A DNA stretch of 64,000 nt from an uncultured bacterium (GTDB lineage Bacteria > Acidobacteriota > Thermoanaerobaculia > Multivoradales > JAHZIX01), in the NCBI GenBank assembly GCA_965368975.1, contig CBDUPA010000009.1:128001-192000 (forward strand). Direction: 5' to 3'. Position 1 is the stretch's first letter. Every line of letters starts with the position of its first letter. Below the pieces are notes generated by a model. That model was not told the DNA's origin and did not search any database. It saw only the letters and a program-made list of their open reading frames with translations. Both the position numbers and the translations under genes were made by a program. Positions 47,628 through 58,699 of the stretch are shown one piece after another.

Positions 47628-49994
47628 ATGTCGACAGCCCTTACGCCCTCCGCCTCTTCGACCACCTGCCCGCTCGAAAACCGCTTCATCGAGCAGATCG
47701 CCCAGGAGATCGCCTGCCGCCCGCGGCAGGTGCGCGCTGCCGCCGACCTCTTCGCCGACGGCGCCACCGTACCGTTCGTCGCCCGCTACCGCAAGGAAGT
47801 GACAGGCGGCCTGCTCGACGAGCAGCTGGAAGTTCTGGCCAAGCGCCGCGAGTACTTCCTGGAACTGAGCCAGCGCCGCGACACCATCCTGGAGAGCATC
47901 GCCGAGCAGGGCAAGCTGACCGACGAGCTGGCCGCCGCCATCCGTGCCGCCGGCAGCAAGCAGGAACTCGAAGACCTCTACCTGCCCTACAAGAAGAAGC
48001 GCCGCACGCGGGCCCAGATCGCCCGCGAGCGCGGCCTCGAACCTCTCGCCGAGGCGCTGCTGGACGCCGCGCGCAAGGGAGCGGCCGTCGGTGGTGCCAG
48101 CTCGCCAGCGGACCTGGCCGCCACCTATGTCGACGTCGATAAGGAAATCCCGGACGCCGACATCGCCCTCGCTGGCGCGCGCGACATCCTGGCCGAACAG
48201 CTGGCCGAGAACGCCGAGCACCGCGCCGGCCTGCGCAACATCCTGCGCCGCGAGAGTGTGCTGCAGGTGCGTGTGATCAGCGGTAAGGAAGAGGAGGGCG
48301 CGGTCTACCGTGACTACTTCGAGTACCGCGAGCCGGCACGCGAGGTCGCCTCCCACCGCATGTTGGCCGTCCTGCGCGGCGAGCGCGAGGGCGTGCTGCT
48401 GAGCGACCTGGAACTGGACGACGACGCACGCACCGCGGAGCTGGCCGCCAGCTGGGGCGCACCGCTGAGCACACCGTGGGGCGAGCAGCTGCGCCTGGCC
48501 ACTGCGGATGGCTACAAGCGCCTGCTGCGACCCTCGATCACCAACGAGGTGCGCTCGGAACTACGCCAACAGGCTGAGACAGAGGCGATCAACGTCTTCC
48601 GCGCCAACCTCGAAGCGCTACTGCTGCAAGCGCCGCTGGGACAGCTGGCCGTCATGGGCCTCGATCCCGGTCTGCGCACCGGCTGCAAGCTCGCGGTGGT
48701 GGATCGCACCGGCCGCGTCGCGCACACCGCCACCATCTTCCCGATCCCGCCGCGACCGCGCGAAGCCGAGGCGAGCCAAGAAATCCTCTCGGCCCTCAAG
48801 CGCTTCGAGATCAAGGCCGTGGCGATCGGCAACGGCACCGGCAGTCGCGAGACGGAAGCCTTCGTGCGCCGTATCGTCCAGGAGGCCTCTGCCGCGGATA
48901 CACAACTCCAGGGGATCACCGTCGCCATCGTGCCCGAAACCGGCGCCTCGGTGTACTCGGCGTCCGAGACCGCTCGCCAGGAGCTGCCGGATCTCGACGT
49001 CTCGCTGCGCGGAGCCGTGTCGATCGCCCGCCGGCTGCAGGACCCGCTCGCCGAGCTGGTCAAGATCGAGCCCAAGTCGCTGGGCGTCGGCCAATACCAG
49101 CACGATGTCGACCAGCGTTCGCTGGCGCAGGAACTCGACCTGGCGGTCGAGGGCGCGGTCAACCGGGTCGGCGTCGAGCTGAATACGGCATCCGCCTCAC
49201 TTCTGCGCCGCATCTCGGGCCTCACCGACCGCCTGGCACGAGCGGTGATCGAGTACCGGGACATCCACGGCGCCTTCGATTCGCGCAAGACTCTCCTCTC
49301 CGTACCCGGGCTCGGCCCCAAGACCTTCGAGCAGGCCGCCGGCTTCCTGCGCGTGCGCGAGGGCAAGCATCCACTCGACCGCACCGCCGTGCATCCAGAG
49401 CGCTACACGGTGGTCGAGCGCATGGCACAAGCGATGAACGTGCCGCTGGAAGAGCTGGTGGGCAACCACCAGCTGGTCTCCCGTCTCGACCTCTCGACCT
49501 TCGAGGATGCCGATCAAGGCCTCGGCAGCTACACCCTCCAGGACATTCGCGACGAGCTGGAGAAGCCGGGGCGCGATCCGCGACCGGAGTTCAAGGCCCC
49601 GGAGTGGCGCGCCGACGTGGTCAGCGTCGCTGATCTGCAGCCCGGCATGATCCTCGAAGGCCGCGTCTCCAACGTCACCAACTTCGGTGCCTTCGTGGAC
49701 ATCGGCGTCAAGCGCGACGGCCTGGTGCACCTGAGCGAGCTCTCCTCTTCTTGGGTCGACGACCCGCGCACGGTGGTCAAGGTCGGGCAGATCGTCAAGG
49801 TCAAGGTGCTGGAGGTCGACCGTCAGCGCGAGCGCATCGGCCTGTCGATCAAGGCCCTGCAAGGCGGCTCCTCCGCGCCCTCGGGGAACCGTCCCGAGGG
49901 CAGCCGCACCGCCGGTGGCCGCACGTCGCGACCGCCGGCAACACAGAAACCCGCCAGCGTCCAGGACTTGATGCGTAGATTCAACAAGCGTTGA
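47628..49994 (+). CDS. tex: Tex family S1 RNA-binding transcriptional accessory protein
   Basis: GATVPFVARYRKEVTG, LEDLYLPYK, GLDPGLRTGCK, IGNGTGSRET, GVGQYQHD, C-terminal S1 domain. Confidence 0.96.
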   Translation: MSTALTPSASSTTCPLENRFIEQIAQEIACRPRQVRAAADLFADGATVPFVARYRKEVTGGLLDEQLEVLAKRREYFLELSQRRDTILESIAEQGKLTDELAAAIRAAGSKQELEDLYLPYKKKRRTRAQIARERGLEPLAEALLDAARKGAAVGGASSPADLAATYVDVDKEIPDADIALAGARDILAEQLAENAEHRAGLRNILRRESVLQVRVISGKEEEGAVYRDYFEYREPAREVASHRMLAVLRGEREGVLLSDLELDDDARTAELAASWGAPLSTPWGEQLRLATADGYKRLLRPSITNEVRSELRQQAETEAINVFRANLEALLLQAPLGQLAVMGLDPGLRTGCKLAVVDRTGRVAHTATIFPIPPRPREAEASQEILSALKRFEIKAVAIGNGTGSRETEAFVRRIVQEASAADTQLQGITVAIVPETGASVYSASETARQELPDLDVSLRGAVSIARRLQDPLAELVKIEPKSLGVGQYQHDVDQRSLAQELDLAVEGAVNRVGVELNTASASLLRRISGLTDRLARAVIEYRDIHGAFDSRKTLLSVPGLGPKTFEQAAGFLRVREGKHPLDRTAVHPERYTVVERMAQAMNVPLEELVGNHQLVSRLDLSTFEDADQGLGSYTLQDIRDELEKPGRDPRPEFKAPEWRADVVSVADLQPGMILEGRVSNVTNFGAFVDIGVKRDGLVHLSELSSSWVDDPRTVVKVGQIVKVKVLEVDRQRERIGLSIKALQGGSSAPSGNRPEGSRTAGGRTSRPPATQKPASVQDLMRRFNKR

Positions 49995-50096
49995 GGTGTG
50001 TCGTCGACAGCGCACGCTCGGAGACGGTATCGTGACCCGCACGCGCAACCGCGACACACAGAAGTCGTCGCAAGAACACAAGGGGCAAGGGACACC

Positions 50097-50933
50097 GTGA
50101 AGCGAGCCGACAGCATCGAAATCGAAGGCGTCCTACTGCACCTGTCCTCGCCGGTCGAGGAGGTGCCGCCCTGGGTCGGTCAGAGCGAGGTGCTGCACCA
50201 GCTGCTGGCCGCCTGGTCCCGCATCGACGACGAAGATCTACCGCTCAACCCGCGACTGCTGGGCAAGCCCGGCGTCGGCAAAACCAGCTTGGCCTGCGCC
50301 GCCGCACACCAGCTCGGTCTCGACATCTACATCATGCAGGCGACCATGGACACGCGTCCCGAGGACTTGATCGTGGCGCCCGTCCTCGATCCCAGCGGTG
50401 GCATCCGCTACATGGCGTCGCCACTGGTGACCGCCATGACCTGCGGCGGCGTGCTGGTGCTCGACGAAGGCAACCGCATGAGCGAGAAGAGCTGGGCCAG
50501 CCTGGCACCTCTGCTCGATCATCGCCGCTACGTCGAGAGCGCGGTCGCCGGCGTCAAGATCCATGCTGACGCCGACTTCCGCTTCGTCACTACGATGAAC
50601 GAGGACGCCTCGACCTACGAGGTGCCCGAGTACATCCACTCACGGCTGATGCCGCAGATCTACGTCGACTTCCCAGACGAAGACGACGAACGCACCATTC
50701 TCGAGACCCAGGTCCCCTTCGCCGATGGCGAGGTGGTGGCCTACGTCCTCTCCTTCCTGCGCGCCGCACACGAAGCCGACCTCAGCTACTCCGTCCGCGA
50801 TGGCATCAACATCGTGCGCTACGCAATGAAAGTGCTGCACCGCCAGGAGGCAGAATCGGCCGTCGAGGCGGTGAGCATCGCGTTGCAGTTGGGAATCGGC
50901 GCCGAGGAGGCCGCTCAGTTCGAAATCCAGTAG
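50097..50933 (+). CDS. MoxR/AAA_5 family ATPase
   Basis: GKPGVGKT, LVLDEGNR, IHSRL; GTG start at 50097 inferred. Confidence 0.85.
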   Translation: MKRADSIEIEGVLLHLSSPVEEVPPWVGQSEVLHQLLAAWSRIDDEDLPLNPRLLGKPGVGKTSLACAAAHQLGLDIYIMQATMDTRPEDLIVAPVLDPSGGIRYMASPLVTAMTCGGVLVLDEGNRMSEKSWASLAPLLDHRRYVESAVAGVKIHADADFRFVTTMNEDASTYEVPEYIHSRLMPQIYVDFPDEDDERTILETQVPFADGEVVAYVLSFLRAAHEADLSYSVRDGINIVRYAMKVLHRQEAESAVEAVSIALQLGIGAEEAAQFEIQ

Positions 50934-51001
50934 TCCCCACGCTACGGGCCACCACCTTCCGCGCCGATGAACTGGCCCCGGAAGCCGTCCCCGGCATCCG
51001 C

Positions 51002-52993
51002 GTGCTGCCGGTGATCCACGAGCGTCTGGACCTCGCAGCCGTCACTCGCGCCCTGCTCGATGCTGTCCAGCCAGCAGCGGTGGCAGTCGAACTGCCGGTC
51101 ACCCTCGCCGACGTCGTCCGCCGCGCCGTCAAACGCCTGCCGCGTCTTTCGCTGGTGCTCTCCGAGGAAGACGGCGAGGACGCTCTCGTCTGGCTGGTCT
51201 CGCCGGGAGACCCCTTGGTCGAAGCGCTGCGCTGGGCCACCGAACACGAACGCCCGACCGCCTTTATCGATCCCGACGTGCGCTATAGCGAGCGCCACGC
51301 CGACCCGGTGCCAGATCCGCACGCTCTCTGGACCCTCGGCCCGTCCGAGTACCTACGCATGCTCACCCAGGACGCCACTCTGCGTCCCGTCACCAACGCC
51401 GATCGCCTGCGCGAGGCCGGCATGGCCTACCACCTGCAGACGCTGCGCCGACGCCTCGACGAAGCCAAAGCCGAAGCCGAAGCGCCCGCGGGTCCCATCG
51501 TGGCGCTGGTGGGTGCCGCGCACGTCCAGCGCTTGCGCGCCGCGCTCGCAGGCCCCACCGCCACCCCGCTGGCGCGGCAGCACCGCCGGCACGTCGAGCT
51601 GCACCACGTGCACCCGCAGAGTCTCACCGCCCTGATGACCGACATGCCGCTCGGTCACGCCGCCTACGAACTGCTGCGCTCCGGCTCGCCGCCACCGGTC
51701 CCCGACCTCAGCGCCGCCGCCGCGCAGCCGGTTTCCTTGCATATCCACGGCCTACGCCTGATCAGCGGCGAACGTGACGACAGCGCACAGCGTCGCCGCC
51801 GCGCCGTGCCCGAGTACGCAGCCCACCACAGCGCCCGCACTCTGCAGGCCGCGGACAGTGCCGACGAAGCCCCCGTCTACGGCGTCGACCGCCAGCGGCT
51901 CGGCCTGGCCTTGTGGAACGTCGCCGCCAGCTCCTACCGTACCCAGACCCGCGAGGAGCTCGCGACCTGGCAGCGCCGGACCTACTTTGACTTCGCCCGC
52001 CGCTACGCGCGCGTCCAGGGCCTGTTGCTGCCCGGCCTCTACGAATGGGTCGTTGCCGGTCGCGGCGTCGCGGACGACAACCTGGCCTGGGAAGTCTTCG
52101 ATGCCGCCCGTTGCTACCCCTGGCAAGCAGAAACCGCGGACGACCTCGGCACCGTGCGCATCGAAGACGACATGCTCAACCTGGGCAGCCGCAAGGTGCG
52201 CTTCCGGCGCCGCTTCTTCCGTGTCAAGCAACGCCCGATCGCTGTGCCGGTACGCCAGCGCCCGCAGACCGACGACCCCGCCGACTGGCTACAGGCCTTC
52301 GACGACCTCAACACCTGTTCCTACCCGCAAGAAGACCTGGTGATCGAGGACTACGCTCGTTTCCTGCAGCGCAAAGCCGTCGGGTTGCTGAGCGCCGAGA
52401 ACGAGAAGAGCGAACCCTTCGCCACCAGCCTGCTCGACGGTATCGACTTGCGCGCCACACTGCGCAACGTCCAGGATCGTCGGATCTACGTTCGCCAGCT
52501 GGGTCGAGTGCCCGGCGCCGCCGGTTCCGTGATCCTGATCTTCGACGACGACCCCGACGGCGAGCGCTACCCCTACCTGATGACCTGGCACGGCGAGCAC
52601 GAAGAAGAGTCGGACATGGCCTTCTACGCCACAGATCCGTACCAGCAGATCGTCGGCCCCGGCATCACGCGCGCGACCTACGGCGGTCTGATGATGACCT
52701 ATCCCCCCGATCGCGTGTTCGACATCTGGACCGACCCTGAGTACGGCCGCGCGAACACCAAAGCCGAGGTACTCACGCTGGCCGCCATCGACTACAGCGA
52801 AGAGAAACTGGTCGTCCACGTCGCCGCCAAACCGCCGGCCGCCACCATGAAGCACTACGCCGCACAGCAGAACAAGCGCCTCCTGCACATCCCGCTGGCC
52901 TCGCTGTCCCCCGTCACACTCAAGCGCCTGCGCGTCGTGCACTTCCTGGCCGGCCACGACAAGCGCGACCTCGCAGGTGCGTACATCTGGTAG
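51002..52993 (+). CDS. Hypothetical protein, partner of the AAA ATPase
   Basis: 663-aa ORF with GC-rich codon usage; AVAVELP, REAGMA, VGAAH (TraB/ChaN-like N-terminal motifs, weak); SLLDGIDLRATLR. Confidence 0.75.
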   Translation: MLPVIHERLDLAAVTRALLDAVQPAAVAVELPVTLADVVRRAVKRLPRLSLVLSEEDGEDALVWLVSPGDPLVEALRWATEHERPTAFIDPDVRYSERHADPVPDPHALWTLGPSEYLRMLTQDATLRPVTNADRLREAGMAYHLQTLRRRLDEAKAEAEAPAGPIVALVGAAHVQRLRAALAGPTATPLARQHRRHVELHHVHPQSLTALMTDMPLGHAAYELLRSGSPPPVPDLSAAAAQPVSLHIHGLRLISGERDDSAQRRRRAVPEYAAHHSARTLQAADSADEAPVYGVDRQRLGLALWNVAASSYRTQTREELATWQRRTYFDFARRYARVQGLLLPGLYEWVVAGRGVADDNLAWEVFDAARCYPWQAETADDLGTVRIEDDMLNLGSRKVRFRRRFFRVKQRPIAVPVRQRPQTDDPADWLQAFDDLNTCSYPQEDLVIEDYARFLQRKAVGLLSAENEKSEPFATSLLDGIDLRATLRNVQDRRIYVRQLGRVPGAAGSVILIFDDDPDGERYPYLMTWHGEHEEESDMAFYATDPYQQIVGPGITRATYGGLMMTYPPDRVFDIWTDPEYGRANTKAEVLTLAAIDYSEEKLVVHVAAKPPAATMKHYAAQQNKRLLHIPLASLSPVTLKRLRVVHFLAGHDKRDLAGAYIW

Positions 52994-53037
52994 CGGCATC
53001 CAGGGCAAGCCGACAGACGAACTTCTTCGTATCTCCA

Positions 53038-55680
53038 ATGAACGACCACGGAATACAACCAGACCTCCGGCCCGTTGGAATGCCTGCCATGCAATCTACC
53101 GCTCGTCGCCCAGCCCTCGTCGCCCTTCTCACCCTGCTGCTCCTGCCACTCGCCGTGGCAGCCCAGCCACCGGCAGAAACCGAGGACACCGGCCCAGAAA
53201 CCGCTAGCCCGGAAGTGTTGGGCAACTCCGAAGGACTTCAAAGCGGTCTGCCTCCGCGCTTCCAGCGTTGGCTCGACGAGGTCGACCCGCTGATCCTGAC
53301 CCCCGAGCGGCAAGTCTTCCTGTACTTGAAGACCGACTACCAGCGCGACGAATTCATCCGCCGCTTCTGGCAAGTGCGGGACCCCTACTTGCAGACCGCG
53401 CGCAACGAACTGAAGGAACGATGGGATCGGCGCGTCTCGGAGGCCAAAGCTGCTTTCGGCACCCTGCAAGATGATCGCGCCCGCATCTACCTGGTGCACG
53501 GTCGCCCCGCGGTCAACGTCCCCGTGCGCTGCACCACCACCCGCACGCCGGTCGAGATCTGGGTCTACCGTGGCAGCAATACTGTCAGTTTCGACTTCAT
53601 CCTGCTCTTCGTGCGCCAGCGAGGTGACGGCCCCGCCCGGCTGTGGACCCCGGGTTCGATCTCGCTCGACTCGGTGATGAACCAGGCGCGCGCCTGCATC
53701 AACGGCAACCAGATGGTGCAAGCCATCTCGCTGATCCGCCAGAACCTGACCAACTACGAGCTGGCGATGCAACGGGTCCTGGCCAAGCCACGCCCCCGCA
53801 GCCGCGAATGGCTCGCCACCTTCGTGTCGTTGACCACCGACGTCCCACCCGGCGCGGCTCAGCTGCCGGCCCTGGCCGAGATCGACTTCCTCGGTCGTTA
53901 CCAGAGCCGTACCGTCCTGCAGGGCATCCTGCGCGTCCCGGCGCAAGCCGCCGTGGTCGGAGACTTCGCTGGCTTCCGGTCCTATAACTTCCTGCTCACC
54001 GGGGAGGTGGTCAAAGACGGCAGCCTGCTGGAGAACTTCCGCTACAAGTTCGGCTTTCCAACCCGCGACCTCACCGACAACCCGCTAGCCAGCAGTCAGC
54101 TCGCCAGCCACCAGAACGCCAGCCCGCTGCCCGAGGATCTCGAAATCCCCCTCGCATTCCAGCGCTACCTACGGCCCGGTGACTACCAGCTGATCCTGCG
54201 CCTCGAAGACCTCAACGGCGGTACCTTCTTCCGCCGCGAACTCGACGTCAGCGTGCCGCAGATGGACACCGTCGCCGAGGTCGCCCGCCAGCGCGACGCC
54301 GAGAGCGAGCAACTGTTCGCCGAGGCCACCGACGCGATCGCCAGCGGCGAGACCTCCATCCGCATCCTGCCGCCCGGTCGAGAGCTGCTGGTCGGCTTCG
54401 AGCGCTTCAACACGCTCGCCGTCGGTGAGGACATCCGCAAGATCACCTTCTACCTCGACGACCAGCCGATTCTGACCAAGAACCGGCCGCCCTTCAACGT
54501 CGAGATCGACCTCGGCGACTTCCCGCAGTTGCGCGAGCTGCGCGCCGAAGCGCTGGACGAGGCAGGCAATGTCGTCGCCACCGACAGCCTGCTGATCAAC
54601 TCCGGCGGCAACCGCTTCGGCGTCAAGCTCATCGAACCACACAAAGGCGGCAGCTATCGAGACAGCCTGCTCGCCAAGGTCGAGGTCGAAGTGCCTGAAG
54701 ACCGGACGCTCGAACGCGTCGAGCTCTATCTCAACGAGACGCTCATGGCGACGCTGTACCAGGAGCCCTTCACGCAGCCGATCGCCTTACCGCCCGGCGA
54801 ACCCGTCGCCTACGTGCGTGCCGTTGCCTATCTGCCAGACGGCAATTCCACGGAAGACCTGGTGTTCATCAACGCCCCGGCCTACCTAGACGAAGTCGAC
54901 GTCCAGTTCGTCGAGCTGTTCACCACCGTGCTCGACGACGATGACCGCCCGGTAGCGGGCCTGAGCCGCAGCGACTTCACCATCTCCGAGGACGGTGTCG
55001 AGCAAACGATCCAGCGCTTCGAGAACGTCGAAGACCTGCCGATCCACGTCGGCGTCCTGCTCGACAGCTCGGGCTCCATGCGCCGCTCCCTGGTCCAGGC
55101 GCGCGAGGCTGCGCTCACCTTCTTCCGCAACATCCTGACACCAAAAGACCGCGCCGCCGTCATCACCTTCAACCGCGTCCCCACCCTGGCCGTCAAGCTG
55201 ACCAACGATCTGACCCAGCTCGGCGGCGGCCTCGCCGGGCTGACCGCCGAGGGTGAGACCTCGCTCTATGACAGCGTCCTCTTCGGCCTCTACTACTTCA
55301 CCGGCATCAAGGGGCAACGCGCGCTCTTACTGCTCTCGGACGGCCGCGACGAAGGAAGCCGCTTCACCTTCGACGACACCCTCGAGTACGCTCGCCGCGC
55401 CGGCGTCACCATCTACACCGTCGGCCTCGGACTGCGCGACGGCGATGCGCGCAGCAAGCTGATGCAGCTGGCCGAAGAAACCGGCGGCGGCAGCTACTTC
55501 ATCACCGAGATCGAGCAGCTAGAAACGATCTACGCCCAAATCGAGAGTGAGCTGCGGTCGAAGTACTTCCTCGCCTACCAGAGCTCCAACAACGACCAGG
55601 ACAGCGGCTTCCGCGCCATTGAGGTCGAAATGGAGGATCGGGACCTCGAGGCGAAGACGCTGAGCGGCTACTACCCGTAG
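53038..55680 (+). CDS. GWxTD domain + Ig-like + VWA domain protein
   Basis: FIRRFWQVRDP, DDRARIYLVHGRP, EIWVY; VWA LLDSSGSM, LLLLSDGRD, LAEETGG. Confidence 0.88.
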   Translation: MNDHGIQPDLRPVGMPAMQSTARRPALVALLTLLLLPLAVAAQPPAETEDTGPETASPEVLGNSEGLQSGLPPRFQRWLDEVDPLILTPERQVFLYLKTDYQRDEFIRRFWQVRDPYLQTARNELKERWDRRVSEAKAAFGTLQDDRARIYLVHGRPAVNVPVRCTTTRTPVEIWVYRGSNTVSFDFILLFVRQRGDGPARLWTPGSISLDSVMNQARACINGNQMVQAISLIRQNLTNYELAMQRVLAKPRPRSREWLATFVSLTTDVPPGAAQLPALAEIDFLGRYQSRTVLQGILRVPAQAAVVGDFAGFRSYNFLLTGEVVKDGSLLENFRYKFGFPTRDLTDNPLASSQLASHQNASPLPEDLEIPLAFQRYLRPGDYQLILRLEDLNGGTFFRRELDVSVPQMDTVAEVARQRDAESEQLFAEATDAIASGETSIRILPPGRELLVGFERFNTLAVGEDIRKITFYLDDQPILTKNRPPFNVEIDLGDFPQLRELRAEALDEAGNVVATDSLLINSGGNRFGVKLIEPHKGGSYRDSLLAKVEVEVPEDRTLERVELYLNETLMATLYQEPFTQPIALPPGEPVAYVRAVAYLPDGNSTEDLVFINAPAYLDEVDVQFVELFTTVLDDDDRPVAGLSRSDFTISEDGVEQTIQRFENVEDLPIHVGVLLDSSGSMRRSLVQAREAALTFFRNILTPKDRAAVITFNRVPTLAVKLTNDLTQLGGGLAGLTAEGETSLYDSVLFGLYYFTGIKGQRALLLLSDGRDEGSRFTFDDTLEYARRAGVTIYTVGLGLRDGDARSKLMQLAEETGGGSYFITEIEQLETIYAQIESELRSKYFLAYQSSNNDQDSGFRAIEVEMEDRDLEAKTLSGYYP

Positions 55681-55739
55681 ATCGCCGAACTCGCGCGTGC
55701 CTTCTTACCGGACGTGGCGACCGGTGCTAGCATCCGAGT

Positions 55740-56903
55740 ATGAGCTACCACGCCATCGTCCTGGGCCTCGGTGCCATGGGCAGCGCCGCCGCTTGCCAGC
55801 TGGCACGCCGAGGCAAGGCGGCGGGGCACAAGATTCTGGGCCTCGACCGCTTCCACCCACCCCACACCTTCGGCTCCTCGCACGGCGACACGCGCGTCAT
55901 TCGCCAGGCCTATTTCGAGCATCCCGACTACCTGCCGCTGCTCAAGACCTGCTACGACCGCTGGCACCAGCTGGAGCACGACTGCGGCGAGACGCTCCTG
56001 CAACAAACGGGCGCGCTGATGATCGGGCCGGAGCAGTCGGAAGTCGTCGCCGGCAGCCTGCGCACGGCACGCGAGCACGACCTGCCGCACGAACTGCTCG
56101 ACACCGCCGAGCTGCGCCGCCGCTATCCCGTACTCACGCCGCCCCCCGGCACCATGGCGCTGTACGAAGAGATCGCCGGTGCACTGGCACCCGAGCGCTG
56201 CGTCGCCGCACACCTGGAAGCCGCGGCGGAAGCCGGCGCGGAGCTGCACTTCGGCGAGCGCGTCGAGAGCTGGACAGCCGATCCGGGTGGTGACGGCGTT
56301 ACCGTACGCACCTCCGCCGGCACCTACCACGCCGAGCACTTGGTTCTGGCCGCCGGAGCCTGGATGCCGAGCTTGCTCTCTCCGTCTGCATCCGCCGCAG
56401 CGTCGAAACTACGAGCTGACCGCAAGGTCTTGATGTGGCTCGAACCTGAGGGCGGCGAGCCCGGCTTCCTGCCGCACGAGTTCCCGATCTGGGTGTGGGA
56501 ACCGGAAGGGGAGTACGCCTTCTACGGCTTCCCAGCGCTCGATGGCCGCGGCGGCGGCGTCAAGGCCGGCCTCCACACCAACCGCGACTTCTGCCTCGCT
56601 GACGAACTCGATCGTGACGTCCACGGCGAGGACGCCGACGCTCTGTACAAGCTGTTACGGCAGTTCATCCCACGCCTCGAAGGCGAGATCCTGCACAGCA
56701 CGGTGTGTATGTACACCCATACCCCGGATGACCACTTCCTGCTCGGCCCCCACCCGGATCACTCGCAAGTCACGGTGGCGGGCGGTTTCTCTGGACACGG
56801 CTTCAAGTTCTCGGTACTGGTCGGCGAGATCGTCGCGGACCTGGTGCTCGAGGGGAAGACGACGCATCCGATCGGGTTGTTCGCGCCGGGTCGCTTCCGC
56901 TAG
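55740..56903 (+). CDS. solA: N-methyl-L-tryptophan oxidase / monomeric sarcosine oxidase
   Basis: GLGAMGS, GSSHGDTRVIRQAY, CMYTHTPD, GFSGHGFKF. Confidence 0.92.
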   Translation: MSYHAIVLGLGAMGSAAACQLARRGKAAGHKILGLDRFHPPHTFGSSHGDTRVIRQAYFEHPDYLPLLKTCYDRWHQLEHDCGETLLQQTGALMIGPEQSEVVAGSLRTAREHDLPHELLDTAELRRRYPVLTPPPGTMALYEEIAGALAPERCVAAHLEAAAEAGAELHFGERVESWTADPGGDGVTVRTSAGTYHAEHLVLAAGAWMPSLLSPSASAAASKLRADRKVLMWLEPEGGEPGFLPHEFPIWVWEPEGEYAFYGFPALDGRGGGVKAGLHTNRDFCLADELDRDVHGEDADALYKLLRQFIPRLEGEILHSTVCMYTHTPDDHFLLGPHPDHSQVTVAGGFSGHGFKFSVLVGEIVADLVLEGKTTHPIGLFAPGRFR

Positions 56904-57022
56904 ACCTCGGACTCTTGGAGGCCAGAACCTCGGGCCTGCCGGCAGGGAGCCTGCATGGTAGCGTACGCTGGCACCTCGCCCCCACGAGGAAACGAGAGGC
57001 ACGATAGAAGGAGGTACGCACC

Positions 57023-57721
57023 ATGGCGAAGACGTTGTTGCTCGGGTTGACTCTGCTGCTCGCATCGCATGCACAAAGCCACGTCCAAGAGACCGTCGAT
57101 CCCGCGACAGACCCGCCGCAACCAGCAGCCGTTTCCGCCACCGCCCCCTCCGAGGGTAGCCCTCCTCCCGTGGCAACCTTGCAAGCCACCTCTCGCGAGG
57201 GCCTCGAATGGCTCCAGCCCACCGTCGGTACCTGGCAAATGCAAGCTCGCTTCACGCCGGACGACGGCACCACCTGGCACCAAGTCACCACCGACGCCAC
57301 CGTCACCACCCTACTTGGCGGTAGATTCCTGCACGAGGCGTTCTACCTCCAGTTTCCCAACGGCCAGCGTATGCACATCGAGTGCACGCGTTCCTACGAC
57401 AACTTCCAGAAGCTCTACCGCGCCGTGTGCCTGGACGACGCCATGGCACTCATGGACGTTTACGAAGGCACCTGGCACGAGCAGAAGCTCGTCCTCTCCA
57501 ACGTCGGGCCCAACACGTTCTTCCTCACCGGTCCGCAGGGTGCCATCAAGGTCAACTCGCGGCAGATCCTCCACAGCTTCACACAGGACGGCTTCCAGGT
57601 AGACTGGGAAGCAACGGCGGATGGCGGCAAGACTTGGTCCCCCGCCGGTTTCTTCACATACTCTCACCATAAACCGGAAGGCCTTGGCCAGAAGCCGGAA
57701 GATGAGATCCCACCCCAATGA
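57023..57721 (+). CDS. Exported DUF1579-like protein
   Basis: Signal peptide; LQPTVGTW, LLGGRFL, YD...Y, DGGKTW. Confidence 0.7.
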   Translation: MAKTLLLGLTLLLASHAQSHVQETVDPATDPPQPAAVSATAPSEGSPPPVATLQATSREGLEWLQPTVGTWQMQARFTPDDGTTWHQVTTDATVTTLLGGRFLHEAFYLQFPNGQRMHIECTRSYDNFQKLYRAVCLDDAMALMDVYEGTWHEQKLVLSNVGPNTFFLTGPQGAIKVNSRQILHSFTQDGFQVDWEATADGGKTWSPAGFFTYSHHKPEGLGQKPEDEIPPQ

Positions 57722-58686
57722 AAAATCATCGGTACTACTACAAGCACATCGGAAATCTGCGCGAGCGTCTCAACACCTACGTGCCGCGCGACGAGCTGCG
57801 CGAGCTGCACAAGATCCGTCCCGCGCGTCACTTCTTCGTCCTCGCCCGCCTCTTCCTGTGGGTCGGCCTGTGCGGCTGGGCGCTGTGGCAGGACGCCTAC
57901 CCCTGGCTGTGGATCCCGGCAGCGGCGATCCAGGGCTTCAACATCTTGGGCTTCATCATCCTGCTGCACGACCAGGTTCACGAGGTGATCTTCCAGAAGC
58001 CGAGACCGCGCTTGATGCGCTTCCTGGGCCTGCTCTACGCTCTCCCGAGCGCCATCTCCGCCACCCAATTCCGCATCTGGCACCTCGACCACCACAACGA
58101 GCTCGGCTCCGAAGAGGACGACCCCAAGCGGGCGTACCTCTCGCCCAAGCGCAACGCGCGCTGGTACAAGATGCTGTACTTCACGCCCTACCTCTTCTGG
58201 CTCTACGCCCGCGCCGCAGCGGTGGAGGCCAAGACCTACTCTGCCGAAGAACAGAGCACCATCCGCCGGGAGCGCTATGCCAACATCGCGATCCACGGTC
58301 TGATCGTCGCGGCACTGCTGTACTTCGGTGGCCCGTGGATCCTGCTGCGCGTCTATGTCGTCCCCGTCTTCTTCGTCTTCCCCATAGCCTTCGTGCTCAA
58401 CCGCCTGGGCCAGCACTACGACATTGACCCCAAGGACCCTGCCAAGTGGTCCACACTGGTCAACGGCAACCCGGCCTGGCGCTGGTTGATGGTGTCGTCG
58501 AACTTCCACATCGAGCACCACTACTACCAGCGCGTGCCGTTCTACAACCTGAAGCGGCTCAACGGCCTGTTGCAGCCCTTCTTCTCCGAGATCGGGCACC
58601 GCAACCGCACCTACCGGGAGCTGCTCTGGGGTTGGCTGGTGAAGAACCGGCAGCCGCATACGAATTGGGACCTGCTCGGGGAGTAG
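57718..58686 (+). CDS. Fatty acid desaturase family protein
   Basis: His boxes HDQVH, HLDHH, HIEHH. Confidence 0.9.
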   Translation: MKNHRYYYKHIGNLRERLNTYVPRDELRELHKIRPARHFFVLARLFLWVGLCGWALWQDAYPWLWIPAAAIQGFNILGFIILLHDQVHEVIFQKPRPRLMRFLGLLYALPSAISATQFRIWHLDHHNELGSEEDDPKRAYLSPKRNARWYKMLYFTPYLFWLYARAAAVEAKTYSAEEQSTIRRERYANIAIHGLIVAALLYFGGPWILLRVYVVPVFFVFPIAFVLNRLGQHYDIDPKDPAKWSTLVNGNPAWRWLMVSSNFHIEHHYYQRVPFYNLKRLNGLLQPFFSEIGHRNRTYRELLWGWLVKNRQPHTNWDLLGE

Positions 58687-58699
58687 GGCAGCCGCGATC

